64,000 nucleotides of DNA. Origin: Octopus sinensis (lineage: Eukaryota). Below are positions 1 to 10,775 of the stretch, in pieces. The position numbers were made by a program, and so were the translations under genes. The notes under the pieces were generated by a model. The model did no database searches. It was not told where the DNA came from and was given only the letters and a program-made list of their open reading frames with translations. The stretch lies in assembly GCF_006345805.1 (NCBI RefSeq), contig NW_021833799.1, forward strand, positions 21,867 through 85,866, given 5' to 3'. The first letter of the stretch is position 1. Every line of letters begins with the position of its first letter.

Positions 1-348
1 GCTTTACGACGTTGATTTCCTTACACTCCCTTCCCCCCACAGCTTCACGAGGAGGGAAGGGGGAGAACAAACAGGTGCAGGTGTGACCATGGACGCCAAC
101 TCCGCCGCCATCGACACACGATGCATTTTATGCATAAAATGGAATAAAATGATGTTAAATTATTTTAAAATCGTAGACTCATCGTAGACGCGCGCTAATA
201 GCCAGACGGGCTCGATATGATACGACTATAAGATACCAGATACCCGAATTTGGTTAAACTGCCCGCAAAATGGGGAGTAGTTAGAATCTAATCGAAGGGG
301 ACAGACACTCACACACTACAGTTTTAATATATAATATATATATATAGA
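1..348 (-). mobile_element. Non-autonomous Helitron, 5' portion (3' end lies outside the window)
   Basis: Homologous to the complete copy at 42338-42650 (shared TCGTAGACTCATCGTAGACG..CTAATA, GACTATAAGATACC, GCAAAATG). The minus-strand start reads A|TCTATATA at 348. Confidence 0.6.
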
Positions 349-352
349 TATA

Positions 353-490
353 TAGAATTCACAAAAAAAACAAAAGACAAAGGCAGGTGGTGTATAAAAC
401 AAACGGATGTATTAGTATGACGTTCGGGAACTGAAAAAGTTCTTAGCGTTTCAAGCCTACGCTCTTCTACAGAAAGAAACAAAGAGAGAA
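353..490 (-). mobile_element. Penelope-like pseudo-LTR fragment with decayed hammerhead-like motif (441-476)
   Basis: Minus strand reads CTGTAGA-A-GAGC-gtag-GCTT-GAAACG. Same family as 21497-21580 and 48690-48865. Confidence 0.5.
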
Positions 491-585
491 AAACACGTGT
501 GTAGTGGCTACCAATCTATCATGGTGAATGCCGGACAGAAGGGTCACACAGAATATAAATATATACACATATATATATATATATA

Positions 586-845
586 CGTGAGTGGACTTGG
601 TATACGGAAACAGAATGAAGCCCATCATGTGTGTGTGTGGGTCTTTTGTGTCTGTCTTTGCCACCCACACCATTGCTTGACAATCGATGTTGGTGTGTTT
701 ACATCCCTATTAGCTAGTGCTTCAGCTAATGGTGGTAGAAGTGATAGATTAAGTGCTAGGCTTACAAAAAAATAAGTCCCAGCGTTGATTTCTTTGACAT
801 AAAAGGTAGTGCTCCAGAATGGCCACATTCAAGCACTTGAAAAAA
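586..845 (+). mobile_element. SINE family A, diverged 3' part
   Basis: Matches the family A body and tail (TTGCTTGACAA..GGTGTGTTTAC..GTGCTCCAG.ATGGCCAC). Confidence 0.7.
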
Positions 846-1086
846 ATTAAAACGATAAAAGAAGAATATGTATGTATGGCCTAGTGGTCTGGATGGTTCT
901 TTGTGCTCTTGAGGGAAACACTTCATCTCATGTTGCTGTGTAATCACTTTGTCACTTGACCCGAGGTAGACTTGTGCAGCTGCTCAGGAAATGTCGATTT
1001 GATGGCGGAAGTAAGTTTATGTGCAGCAAATACTTTTGATCTCAATAGACAAATCATTTGTACAGGTCATACGTCACCTTCAATGC

Positions 1087-1820
1087 GTGTGGAGGCGCAA
1101 TGGCCCAGTGGTTAGGGCAGCGGACTCGCGGTCATAGAATCACGGTGTCGATTCCCAGACTGGGCGTTGTGAGTGTTTATTGAGCGAAAAAACCTAAAAG
1201 CTACACGAGGCTCTGGCAGGGGATGGTGGTGATCCCCGCTGTACTCTTTCGCCACAACTTTCTCTTACTCTCTCTTCCTTATACTTGAGTAGTGCTGCGA
1301 TGGACCGGCGTGCCGTCCAGCTGGGGGGAACACATGTTCCACAGAAACCGGGAAACCGGGCCCATGAGCCTGGCTAGGCTTTAAAAGGGTGCATTTGTTT
1401 GTGGAGGCGCAATGGCCCAGTGGTTAGGTCAGCGGACTCGCGGTCGTAGGATCGCAGTTTCGATTCCCAGACCAGGCGTTGTGAGTGTTTATTGAGCGAA
1501 AAAACCTAAAAGCTCCACGAGGCTCCGGCAGTGGCTGGTGGCGACCCCTGCTGTACTCTTTTGCCACAACTTTCTCTCACTCTCTCTTCCTTATACTTGA
1601 GTAGTGCTGCGATGGACTGGCATGCCGTCCAGCTGGGGGGAACACATGCGCCACAGAAACCGGGAAACCGGGCCCATTAGCCTGGCTAGGCTTGAAAAGG
1701 GCGATGTAATTGTAACAGCAATGACTAGTGTCCGAGACACTTAGAAACACTTCCTGTTTCTGTTGTACCAGCATTTCCAAGGGACCAGCCTTGTCACACT
1801 CTGCATCACGCTGAATCTCC
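1087..1820 (+). mobile_element. Two tandem copies of tRNA-derived SINE family B (about 310 bp apart), continuing into the tail that seeds the 135-bp array
   Basis: The head GTGGAGGCGCAATGGCCCAGTGGTTAGG has an A box (TGGCCCAGTGG) and a B-box-like TCGATTCCC, at about 1088 and 1399. Confidence 0.85.
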
Positions 1821-1821
1821 C

Positions 1822-3395
1822 CGAGAACTATCTTAAGCATACACATGTCTGTGGAATACTCAACCACTTGCACATTAATTTCACGAGCAGGCTGTTCCAA
1901 TGATCGGATCAGCTGGGACCCTCATGGTTGTAACCAATAAGGAACCAGAGTAGGCCCTTAGAACCACGTTAAGGTATGCTTGTCTGTGGAGTACTCAGCC
2001 ACTTGCTTGTTAATTTCATGAGCAAGCTGTTCCGTTAATCGGATCACCTGGAACCCTCATGGTTGTAACCAATAGGGAGCCAGAGTAGGCCCTTAGAACC
2101 ACGTTAAGGTATGCTTGTCTGTGGAGTACTCAGCCACTAGCACATTAATTTCATGAGCAAGCTGTTCTGTTGATCGTATCAGCTGGGACCCTCATGGTTG
2201 TAACCAATAGGGAGCCAGAGTAGGCCCTTAGAACCACGTTAAGGTATGCTTGTCTGTGGAGTACTCAGCCACTTGCAAGTTAATTTTACGAGCAAGCTGT
2301 TCCGTTGATTGGATCAGCTGGGACCCTCATGGTTGTAACCAATAGGGAGCCAGAGTAGGCCCTTAGAACCACGTTAAGGTATGCTTGTCTGTGGAGTACT
2401 CAGCCACTTGCACGTTAATTTCACGAGCAAGCTGTTCTGTTGATCGGATCACCTGGAACCCTCATGGTTGTAACCAATAGGGAGCCAGAGTAGGCCCTTA
2501 GAACCACGTTAAGGTATGCTTGTCTGTGGAGTACTCAGCCACTTGCAAGTTAATTTCACGAGCAAGCTGTTCCATTGATCGGATCACCTGGAACCCTTAT
2601 GGTTGTAACCAATAGGGAGCCAGAGTAGGCCCTTAGAACCACGTTAAGGTATGCTTGTCTGTGGAGTACTCAGCCACTAGCACATTAATTTCATGAGCAA
2701 GCTGTTCTGTTGATCGTATCAGCTGGGACCCTCATGGTTGTAACCAATAGGGAGCCAGAGTAGGCCCTTAGAACCATGTTAAGGTATGCTTGTCTGTGGA
2801 GTACTCAGCCACTAGCACATTAATTTCATGAGCAAGCTGTTCTGTTGATCGTATCAGCTGGGACCCTCATGGTTGTAACCAATAGGGAGCCAGAGTAGGC
2901 CCTTAGAACCACGTTAAGGTATGCTTGTCTGTAGAGTACTCAGCCACTAGCACATTAATTTCATGAGCAAGCTGTTCTGTTGATCGTATCAGCTGGGACC
3001 CTCATGGTTGTAACCAATAGGGAGCCAGAGTAGGCCCTTAGAACCACGTTAAGGTATGCTTGTCTTTGGAGTACTCAGCCACTTGCAAGTTAATTTTACG
3101 AGCAAGCTGTTCCGTTGATTGGATCAGCTGGGACCCTCATGGGTGTAACCAATAGGGAGCCAGAGTAGGCCCTTAGAACCACGTTAAGGTATGCTTGTCT
3201 GTGGAGTACTCAGCCACTTGCATGTTAATTTCATGAGCAAGCTGTTCCGTTGATCGGAGCAGCTGGGACCCTCATGGTTGTAACCAATAGGGAGCCAGAG
3301 TAGGCCCTTAGAACCACGTTAAGGTATGTTTGTCTGTGGAGTACTCAGCCACTTGCACGTTCATTTCATGGGCAAGCTGTTCCGTCGATCAGATC
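1822..3395. repeat. 135-bp tandem array (about 11.5 copies) derived from the SINE B 3' tail
   Basis: GAACCA(C/T)GTTAAGG recurs at 1961, 2096, 2231 ... 3311 with an exact 135-bp period. The unit aligns to the SINE B tails at 10495-10620 and 31980-32105. Confidence 0.95.
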
Positions 3396-3469
3396 CACAG
3401 GAACAAGGTCAACCCTGTTGGGATTTGAACTCAGAGCGTAATGATGCCCAGCATGCTAACAATACAAAG

Positions 3470-3705
3470 TTCGCTCTTTACAAATCATGTCTTACCATCC
3501 CTGTTGTATTCTTCTCGAACGTGGACATGTTATGAAAGACATTTCAAATTGTTGGAGCAATTCCACCGAAGAGGCCTTCATCGCATTTTAAACTTTAAAT
3601 GGAGTTCTTTTACTCCAAACACAGATGTTCTTACATCTGCAGGCACCACCTCAATTAAAGCTATGATTTTGAGAATTCAAATGCGATGGTGTGGCCATAT
3701 TGTTC
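3470..3705 (+). pseudogene. RTE-clade (BovB-like) LINE ORF2 C-terminal fragment
   Basis: Translation VLPSLLYSSRTWTCYERHFKLLEQFHRRGLHRILNFKWSSFTPNTDVLTSAGTTSIKAMILRIQMRWCGHIV matches the RTE post-RT motifs (LLYxxETW, RxLRxIL, NxEVL, LRWxGH). Confidence 0.85.
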
Positions 3706-3733
3706 AAATATATATATATGTGTGTGTGTGTGA

Positions 3734-3784
<51 letters not shown>

Positions 3785-3789
3785 TAATC

Positions 3790-3975
3790 CAACAAGAAAA
3801 CAAAAAGACAACAACGCAAGGACGTGGAACAAATAAAGTATTATTGGACGCTCAGGAAAGAAGGGAAGAAGGAGGGTTTGACGTTTCAAGCGGAGCTCTT
3901 CGTCGGAAACATAGGAGAAAGAAAGATTCCGAGGTGGGAGGACAGAGGGAAAAAAATGCAAGTTGTGTATTCTAT
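3790..3975 (-). mobile_element. Penelope-like pseudo-LTR fragment carrying a minimal hammerhead
   Basis: Same family as 42820-42985 and flanked by (TA)n. Confidence 0.55.
3876..3910 (-). ncRNA. Minimal type I hammerhead ribozyme motif (U4C variant, extra A after A9, GUC site)
   Basis: Minus strand: GTTT-CCGACGA-A-GAGC-tcc-GCTT-GAAA-CG-TC-AAAC. Stem I is GTTT/AAAC. Confidence 0.55.
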
Positions 3976-3976
3976 C

Positions 3977-4017
<41 letters not shown>

Positions 4018-4039
4018 TATATATTATATATATATATAA

Positions 4040-4512
4040 GTACAAAGTGAGATAGGGGTTATGAGTGTAACCCACTATGGGTTATCATTTATCCAATATA
4101 CTGCCAGTAAAGTACCCAAAAGGCTAATATATAAATGCTTACAATTGCAATGCAATTAGTTCATTTATTGTATTATATGGGCGATGGTAAAATATTTTGC
4201 CTCAAATTCATAATACAAATAAGAAAATGGAGGAACAGATTCATTTCAGTCATCAACTTACAGATAATACCAATTCATATTATTTATTAACTACATAAAC
4301 AGGAACATCCAAATCCAACAGAATAAAACAATATACATCAATAAGTAAGATAATAATACCATAAAAATAATACACATAAAATGGATCTTACAGCTGTTTC
4401 GGCCTGTAGATAAGGGTATCTCATTCTGCCTATTTATGTAGTTAATAAATAATATGAATTGGTAATATCTGTAAGTTGATGATTGAAAGGAATCTGTTCC
4501 TCCATTTTCTTA
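4040..4512. mobile_element. Penelope-like remnant with 80-bp inverted arms (4225-4300 / 4433-4512) and the 3' half of a hammerhead
   Basis: The arm AAAATGGAGGAACAGATT..TAACTACATAAA has its reverse complement in the window. The minus strand reads GGCC-GAAA-CAGCTG-TA at about 4389-4404. Confidence 0.5.
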
Positions 4513-4551
4513 TTTATATATATATATGTGTGTGTGGTGTGTGTGTGTATG

Positions 4552-4585
<34 letters not shown>

Positions 4586-4704
4586 CATATATAGATATAT
4601 ATGTGTATATATGTATGTGTATGTCTATATATTTGTATATAAGCATATACATCCACACACACACATATATATACATATATATATATGTATGTATGTATAT
4701 ATGC

Positions 4705-4744
<40 letters not shown>

Positions 4745-5229
4745 TATGTGTGTGTGTGTGTGTGTCTGTGAAACTGCCACTATCCTCAGTGCATGTTGGC
4801 ATATATATGAGTGTGTGTGTGTATATATATATACATATATATTTTTTATTTTTTATATTTTATTTAGTTTTAGCTAATGAGCTGTGTCCATGCTGGAGCA
4901 CCGCCATATATATATATATATATATATATATGTATTACAGATGTATACACACACACACACTCACACACACACATATATATATTATACACACACACCGTAT
5001 ATATTATTTCTTCTTCTGCTGATCATTGAGTAAAACAGATGGAGTTGGCAGTAAACCTTCGCTGCTCTCGGCAGGGAGACTTGCTGTACCACACACCTGC
5101 AAACAACAACAACAGCTGCAGTGGTGGTGGTGGTGGTAGTAGTCCTTGTGGTGCTGGTGGTGATGGTGCCAATGATCGTAGTCTGGTGGTGATGTTAGTG
5201 TAAGTAGTAGTAGAGGTGGCAATGGTGGT

Positions 5230-5292
5230 GGAGATGCTTGTGTTTTTGATGTAAGCAATAGTTGTAGAAGCAGCAGCAGTAGTAGTAGTAGC

Positions 5293-5327
<35 letters not shown>

Positions 5328-5386
5328 TGGTAGTAGTAGCAGCAGCAGTAGTAGTAGTAGCAGTAGTAGTAGTAGTAGCAGTAGTG

Positions 5387-5423
<37 letters not shown>

Positions 5424-5494
5424 TAGTAGCAGTAGTAGTAGTAGTAGTAGTAGTTGTAGCAGCAGCAGTATAAGTTGTAGTAGTGGTAGTAGTG

Positions 5495-5531
<37 letters not shown>

Positions 5532-5539
5532 TAGTAGTA

Positions 5540-5582
<43 letters not shown>

Positions 5583-5923
5583 TAGTAGCAGTAGTAGTAG
5601 TAGTAGTAGTAGTTGTAGCAGCAGCAGTATAAGTTGTAGTAGTGGTAGTAGTGGTAGTAGTAGTAGTAGTATAGTAGTAGTGGCAGCAGCAGTAGCAGTA
5701 GTAGAAGTAGTAGTAGTAGTAGTGGTAGTGGTAGTAGTAGTAGTGGTAGTGGTAGTAGTAGTAGTAGTAGTAGTAGTGGCAGCAGCAGTAGCAGTAGTAG
5801 AAGTAGTAGTAGTAGTAGTGGTAGTAGTAGTAGTAGTAGTGGTAGTGGTAGTAGTAGTAGTAGTAGTAGCAGCAGCAGTAGTAGTTGTGTTAGTAGTAGT
5901 AGTAGTAGTAGTTAGTAGTGATG

Positions 5924-5963
<40 letters not shown>

Positions 5964-5972
5964 CAGCAGCAC
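5230..5972. repeat. (AGT)n/(GGT)n compound microsatellite
   Basis: Direct reading. It is the source of the poly-L/T/V ORFs. Confidence 0.95.
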
Positions 5973-6206
5973 CAGAACCATACAATTAGTGTGGTTTGTT
6001 TGCAATTAGGGCAGGTGGGATATTAGCGTACTTACAAACAGGTGAGGATTGGGAGCAGGAAGGGCATCCACCAACTGGATATATGCCTTTGTATAATAAT
6101 CCTTCTGACCCATGCAAGCATGGAAAATCTGATGTTAAAAACTGCAATGATAAAAAGAAATATATATATATATATATATAATATATGAATGATAATATAT
6201 AAATTT

Positions 6207-6257
<51 letters not shown>

Positions 6258-6268
6258 ATATATATAAA

Positions 6269-6757
6269 ATGATAAATATCAAAGTGAATTATATACAGTA
6301 GCGGTAACACATCGACGTATATTTGCCATTTCAATATGGCTAACCCCTAAGGGTGGATGCTACTGTAGTTTTTTAGCCCCAGGAGGACACCTCCTCCAGC
6401 TGGCTATAGACACACTTCTGTGCCCTATCAGTATTTGCAAAGGGAAGTCATCCTTCCCGTCTTCAACTTATGATACACACGACTCGAGTTCGAGGTATTG
6501 ACCTCTCGTCAGCGTGTGACATCATAGTTGTCGGCGAGAATTAGATTTCCTTCACAAATACTTATACTTTTTTTCCAGCGTCCACTGTCGCTGATATTGA
6601 AAAAGTGAAATCAAACAATGATAAATATCAAAGTGAGTTATATACAGTAGCGGTAACACATCGTGACGTATATTTGCCATTTCAATATGGCTAAAAACTA
6701 CAGTAGCATCCACCCTTAGGGGTTAGCCATATTGAAATGGCAAATATACGTCACGAT
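6269..6757 (-). mobile_element. Penelope-like unit with direct plus inverted terminal duplication and a central hammerhead-like motif (6476-6518)
   Basis: Direct repeat 6269-6345 / 6618-6694; 35-bp hairpin arms 6660-6694 / 6723-6757. Minus strand: CACAC-g-CTGACGA-GAGGT-caat-ACCTC-GAA-CTCGAG-TC-GTGTG. Confidence 0.6.
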
Positions 6758-6771
6758 ATATATATATATAT

Positions 6772-7206
6772 AAGTGAAAGAATGGAGTCGAACAAAGATG
6801 TTAACAAAATTCCTTTACTCTCGACATGGATTTTTTAAAAAAAACACTCATTATCGCTCTGTTTACCATGTAGGCAATCATCGAAATTTTTGTTTGTCTT
6901 GTTGTCGAGAGAGGCTCCCTTTCTTTCCTGATGAGAAGATTGCATAATGCACCCTTTATTCCTTCAGAATGAAAATATGCTGTCTTCGAAACATGTGTCG
7001 AGAGTAAAGGAATTTTGTTAACATCTTCGTTTGACTCCATTCTTTCATTGATTCATATACAACACACAAATTTCTGCGCATAAACCGGAGTTTCTACCCT
7101 TGACAGGTCGCTTCAACCGTGTTTTCTGACGTGAATTTGCTACCCAGGTTTCGGTTAAACGAATTTTCCATGCTGACGATAAACATAGGATAATTCATTC
7201 AACTAC
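6772..7206 (+). mobile_element. (TA)n-flanked Penelope-like/retrozyme-like unit: inverted arm + hammerhead + body
   Basis: Arm 6775-6826 is the reverse complement of 6996-7047. The body is related to 51385-51595. Confidence 0.65.
6923..7004 (+). ncRNA. Canonical type I hammerhead ribozyme (GUC cleavage after 6999)
   Basis: CTTTC-CTGATGA-GAAGA..TCTTC-GAAA-C-atgt-G-T-C-GAGAG. All core nucleotides are intact, stem I has 5 bp and stem II has 5 bp plus a GCAT/ATGC extension. Confidence 0.8.
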
Positions 7207-7246
7207 TTATATATATATATACGATATAGTATATATTTATACACAT

Positions 7247-7460
7247 AAGGCGGCAAGCTGGCAGAAACGTTAGCACGCCAGGCGAAATGTGTTGCCGTAT
7301 TTCGTCTGCCATTACGCCGAGGTCGACTTTGCCTTTTATCCTTCCGGGGTCGATAAATTAAGTACCAGTTACGCACTGGGGTCGATGTAATCGACTTAAT
7401 CCCTTTGTCTTTCCTTGTTTGTCTCCTCTGTGTTTAGCCCCTTGTGGGTAGTAAAGAAAT
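7247..7460 (+). mobile_element. SINE family C, near full length
   Basis: Head AAGGCGGC.AGCTGGCAGAAACGTTAGCACGCC and core CCTT.CGGGGTCGATAAATTAAGTACCAG. Other copies at 20526, 29000 and 47940 (minus). Confidence 0.85.
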
Positions 7461-7463
7461 ATA

Positions 7464-7735
7464 TATATTTATACACATAAGGAATCCACTTATAGGTAAT
7501 TCAGCACGCTAGAAAGAACAGCTAGGTTCTGTAAACCACAAAAATAACGGATAAAATTCGACGAATAAATTTGGAAATGAAAAACATTTACCATCTAGTA
7601 CCCTGGACCAATTGGTTTCTGATCATCTTTCAGCGAGTCAATTGGAACTCACAAGGTCTGATTTTCTTCAGCAAGGTCCAACCTTTCTAGCGTGTTGAAT
7701 TCCCTATAAGTGAATTCCTTATGTGTATAAATATA
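7464..7735 (-). mobile_element. Fold-back unit (53-bp arms) containing a near-intact hammerhead (7600-7677)
   Basis: Arms 7464-7516 / 7683-7735. Minus strand: ACCTTG-CTGAAGA-aaATCA..TGATca-GAAA-CCAATTGG-T-C-CAGGGT. Confidence 0.6.
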
Positions 7736-8334
7736 CACTATATCGTATGTATAATATATAGTCTTCTTGACTATTTTTATTGCACGTTAGACCACTGGAA
7801 ATGTAAATTTTGATTGAATGTTTCAATTTTAATTAAATTCCATTTCCCTTTGACATGATTATATATATATATATATATATATATTTAAAATTAAGGATAA
7901 AATCTTTATAAGAAATTATCAGTAGTTAGCATGAAAATCGTGAAAAAGTTAGGTGACATGTAACTAAATTCTGTTTTTAAATGACTTGCTTTGAAGTTTT
8001 GCATTCAGTACAATTTGTTTATTTTTTAGTAGTTTTGACTGCAAAAGTCCCTCCTAGCATGCGGTACCTATGAATAATAGTACCCTCTATATAAATATAT
8101 ATATATAATATATATATATATACAAAATGAGAAAATGGAGAAACATACCTAAATCAATCATCAACCATCAGATAATACCCAATCAATACTTTATTAAACC
8201 ATTACACAACAGCAATGATATTATACATAATATATACAAATATAACAAGACATAGAAATAGAAATAGAAAATACATTTATATTGTAGCTGACTACAGCTA
8301 TATATATTATATATATATATATATATAATATTTA

Positions 8335-8510
8335 TTCATGCTATGCAAATTAGCAGCACCCATTCTCTGTAGCTTCTGGTTTTGTTGAGTATATAAACAG
8401 ATTGACTGCTGTTTCTCTGGGATTGCTCAAATGATGTAGATGTCACTGATGAGAGTGCAATAAGGTCCGAAAATCAATTAAGTTTCTAAGTTTTTTCAAT
8501 TTACAAAAAA
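8335..8510 (+). mobile_element. Penelope-like pseudo-LTR copy 1 (decayed CTGATGA..GAAA motif)
   Basis: Diverged direct repeat of 9100-9290. CTGATGA at 8446, GAAA at 8469. Confidence 0.5.
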
Positions 8511-8606
8511 AAAAAGCTAAATTAGCCCCTATTGTATATCTGCTATGGATGTTTACATATGCTACATCATACTTTGATGCTGTGGGAATTGAGATTCCTG
8601 TAGTCT

Positions 8607-9040
8607 CATCATCATCATCATCATTGTTTAACGTCCGCTTTCCATGCTAGCATGGGTTGGACGGTTCGACCGGGGATCTGGGAAGCCAGAAGGCTTCACC
8701 AGGCTCCGGTCTTATCTGGCAATGTTTCTACAGCTGGATGCCCTTCCTAATGCCAACCACTCTGTGAGTGTAGTGGGTGCTTTTTACGTGCCACCTGCAC
8801 TGGAGCCAGGCGAGGCTGGCAACGGCCACGATCGGATTGGTGTATTTTATGTGCCACCGGCACGGAAGCCAGTCGAGGCGGCGCTGGCATCGACCATGAT
8901 TCGGATGGTGCTTTTTACATGCCACCGACACGGAAGCCAGTCGAGGCGGCGCTGGCATCGGTCACGATTCGGATAGTGCTTTTTACGTATCTCCAGTCCA
9001 GGGGTCCTGGCATCTGCCAGGTGCCAGTCATAGGATTGGT
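8607..9040 (-). mobile_element. Family D: RTE-type 3' end with internal 50-70 bp subrepeats and (GAT)n tail
   Basis: Plus strand reads (CAT)n-GTTTAACGTCCGC..CATGCTAGCATGGGTTGGACGG..GGATGCCCTTCCTAA.GCCAACCAC, with repeated GGTGCTTTTTAC.TGCCACC. Confidence 0.8.
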
Positions 9041-9099
9041 TCAATTTCGATTCCTATTTGTCTGGTTACGGATAATTAAATAGAGTGTTAAATACTTGT

Positions 9100-9290
9100 G
9101 TTATGCAAATTAGTTGCTCCCATCTTTTGTAGCTACAGGATTTGTTGAGTATATAAACAGATTGACAGCTTGTTTCTCTAAGATTGGGCAATCTAATGTA
9201 GATATCACTGATGAGAGTCCAATAAGATCCGAAAATCAGATAAAGTTGTATATCATTTTCTCAGTATACAAAGAAATAGTTAAGTATTCC
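9100..9290 (+). mobile_element. Penelope-like pseudo-LTR copy 2
   Basis: CTGATGA at 9208, GAAA at 9231. Homologous to 8335-8510. Confidence 0.5.
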
Positions 9291-9334
9291 ATCAGGTTCA
9301 CAATAATGAGGTAGTGAGTTCAATTCATGTTCTA

Positions 9335-9710
9335 ATTCACTCATCTGTAGAAATGAGTTGCGGCATCAGTGGCGCCAAGCTTTGCCTTTCCCTTGGAGAA
9401 CATGAGTGGCATAGAGGGGAGAGACTGGTATGCATGGGCAACGGCTGGTCTTCCATAAACAACCTTGGCCAGACTTGTGCCTCGGAAGGGAACTTTCTAG
9501 ATTCAATCCCAGGGTCATTCATGACCAAAGGGGGCCTTCACCCTTTACCCTATGTACATATAATGACATAGAGAGGCGAGGCTGGTTTGCGTGGGCGACT
9601 GCTGGTCTTCCATAAACAACCTTGGCCAGACTTGTGCCTCGGAAGGGAACTTTCTAGGTGCAATCCCAGGGTCATTCATGACCAAAGGGGGTCTTGACCC
9701 TTTAAGCTTA
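9335..9710 (+). mobile_element. SINE family E 3' part with an internal duplication of about 160 bp
   Basis: CACTCA.CTGTAGAAATGAGTTGCG followed by two copies of GGTCTTCCATAAACAACCTTGGCCAGACTTGTGCCTCGGAAGGGAACTTTCTAG. Confidence 0.8.
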
Positions 9711-9759
9711 CATACACACATACACACACAGTCACACATACATAGGGAAATATATTCTT

Positions 9760-10105
9760 TTATTCTTTTACTTGTTTCAGTCATTTGACTGTGGCCATGC
9801 TGGAGCACCGCCTTTAGTCAAGCAAATCGGCCCCTGGACTTATTCTTTGCAAGCCTAGTACTTGTTCTATTGATCTCTTTTACTGAACCACTAAGTCACG
9901 GGGACATAAATACACCAACACCGGTTATCAAGCAATGGTGGGAGGACAAAAACAGACACACAAACACACACACATACATACATATGATGGGCTTCTTTCA
10001 GTTTCCGTCTATCAAATCTACTTGGTTGGCCCAAGGCTATAGTGGAAGACACTTGCCCAAGGTACCACACAGCGATGGGACTGAACCCGGAACCATGTGG
10101 TTGGT
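9760..10105 (-). mobile_element. SINE family A
   Basis: Reverse complement of the family A tail, internal (CA)n tract and head. Confidence 0.85.
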
Positions 10106-10235
10106 AATATCTTTGGTTTACTTGTTTCAATCATTAGACCGTGGCCATGCTGGGGCACTGCCTTGAAGAATTTCTTAGTTGACTGAGCCAACCCCAGGAC
10201 TTATTTTTGTTAAGCCTGGTATTTATCCTATCTAA

Positions 10236-10621
10236 CTGTGGAGGCGCAATGGCCCAGTGGTTAGGGCAGCGGACTCGCGGTCATAGGATCGCTGTTTCGA
10301 TTCCCAGACCAGGTGTTTTGAGTGTTTATTGAGTGAAAACACCTAAAGTTCCACAAGGCTCCGGCAGGGGATGGTGGTGATCCCTGCTGTACTCTTTCAC
10401 CACAACTTTCTCTCACTCTTACTTCCTGTTTCTCTTGTACCTGTATTTCAAAGGGCCGGGCTTGTCACTATCTGTGTCATGCTGAATTTCCCCGAGAACT
10501 ATGTTAAGGGTACACGTGTCTGTGGAGTGCTCAGCCACTTACACGTTAATTTCACGAGCAGGCTGTTCCGTTGATTCGGATCAACCGGAACCCTCGTCGT
10601 CGTAACCGACGGAGTGCTTCC
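10236..10621 (+). mobile_element. Full-length SINE family B with 11-bp TSD
   Basis: ATCCTATCTAA at 10225-10235 and 10622-10632. Pol III A and B boxes are present in the head. Confidence 0.9.
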
Positions 10622-10775
10622 ATCCTATCTAAGTTATAACTGCTTCACCACATACCGATATTAGAAATAGGTGTTAAAAATTCCCTTTCTGCTACTATAA
10701 GAATCTCCATGATGGTAAACATAGTTTTTTACGAAGGCAAAGAGAAAAACAATGAATCAACACGACCAGGATTAA

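Noticed and set aside
5004-6009. 333-aa poly-L/T ORF and its C-terminal VCGTASLPAESSEGLLPTPSVLLNDQQKKK
   Set aside because: Mostly (AGT)n microsatellite. The last 92 nt follow an acceptor-like TTTGCAG on the minus strand and could be a terminal exon, but there is no homology or upstream exon support.
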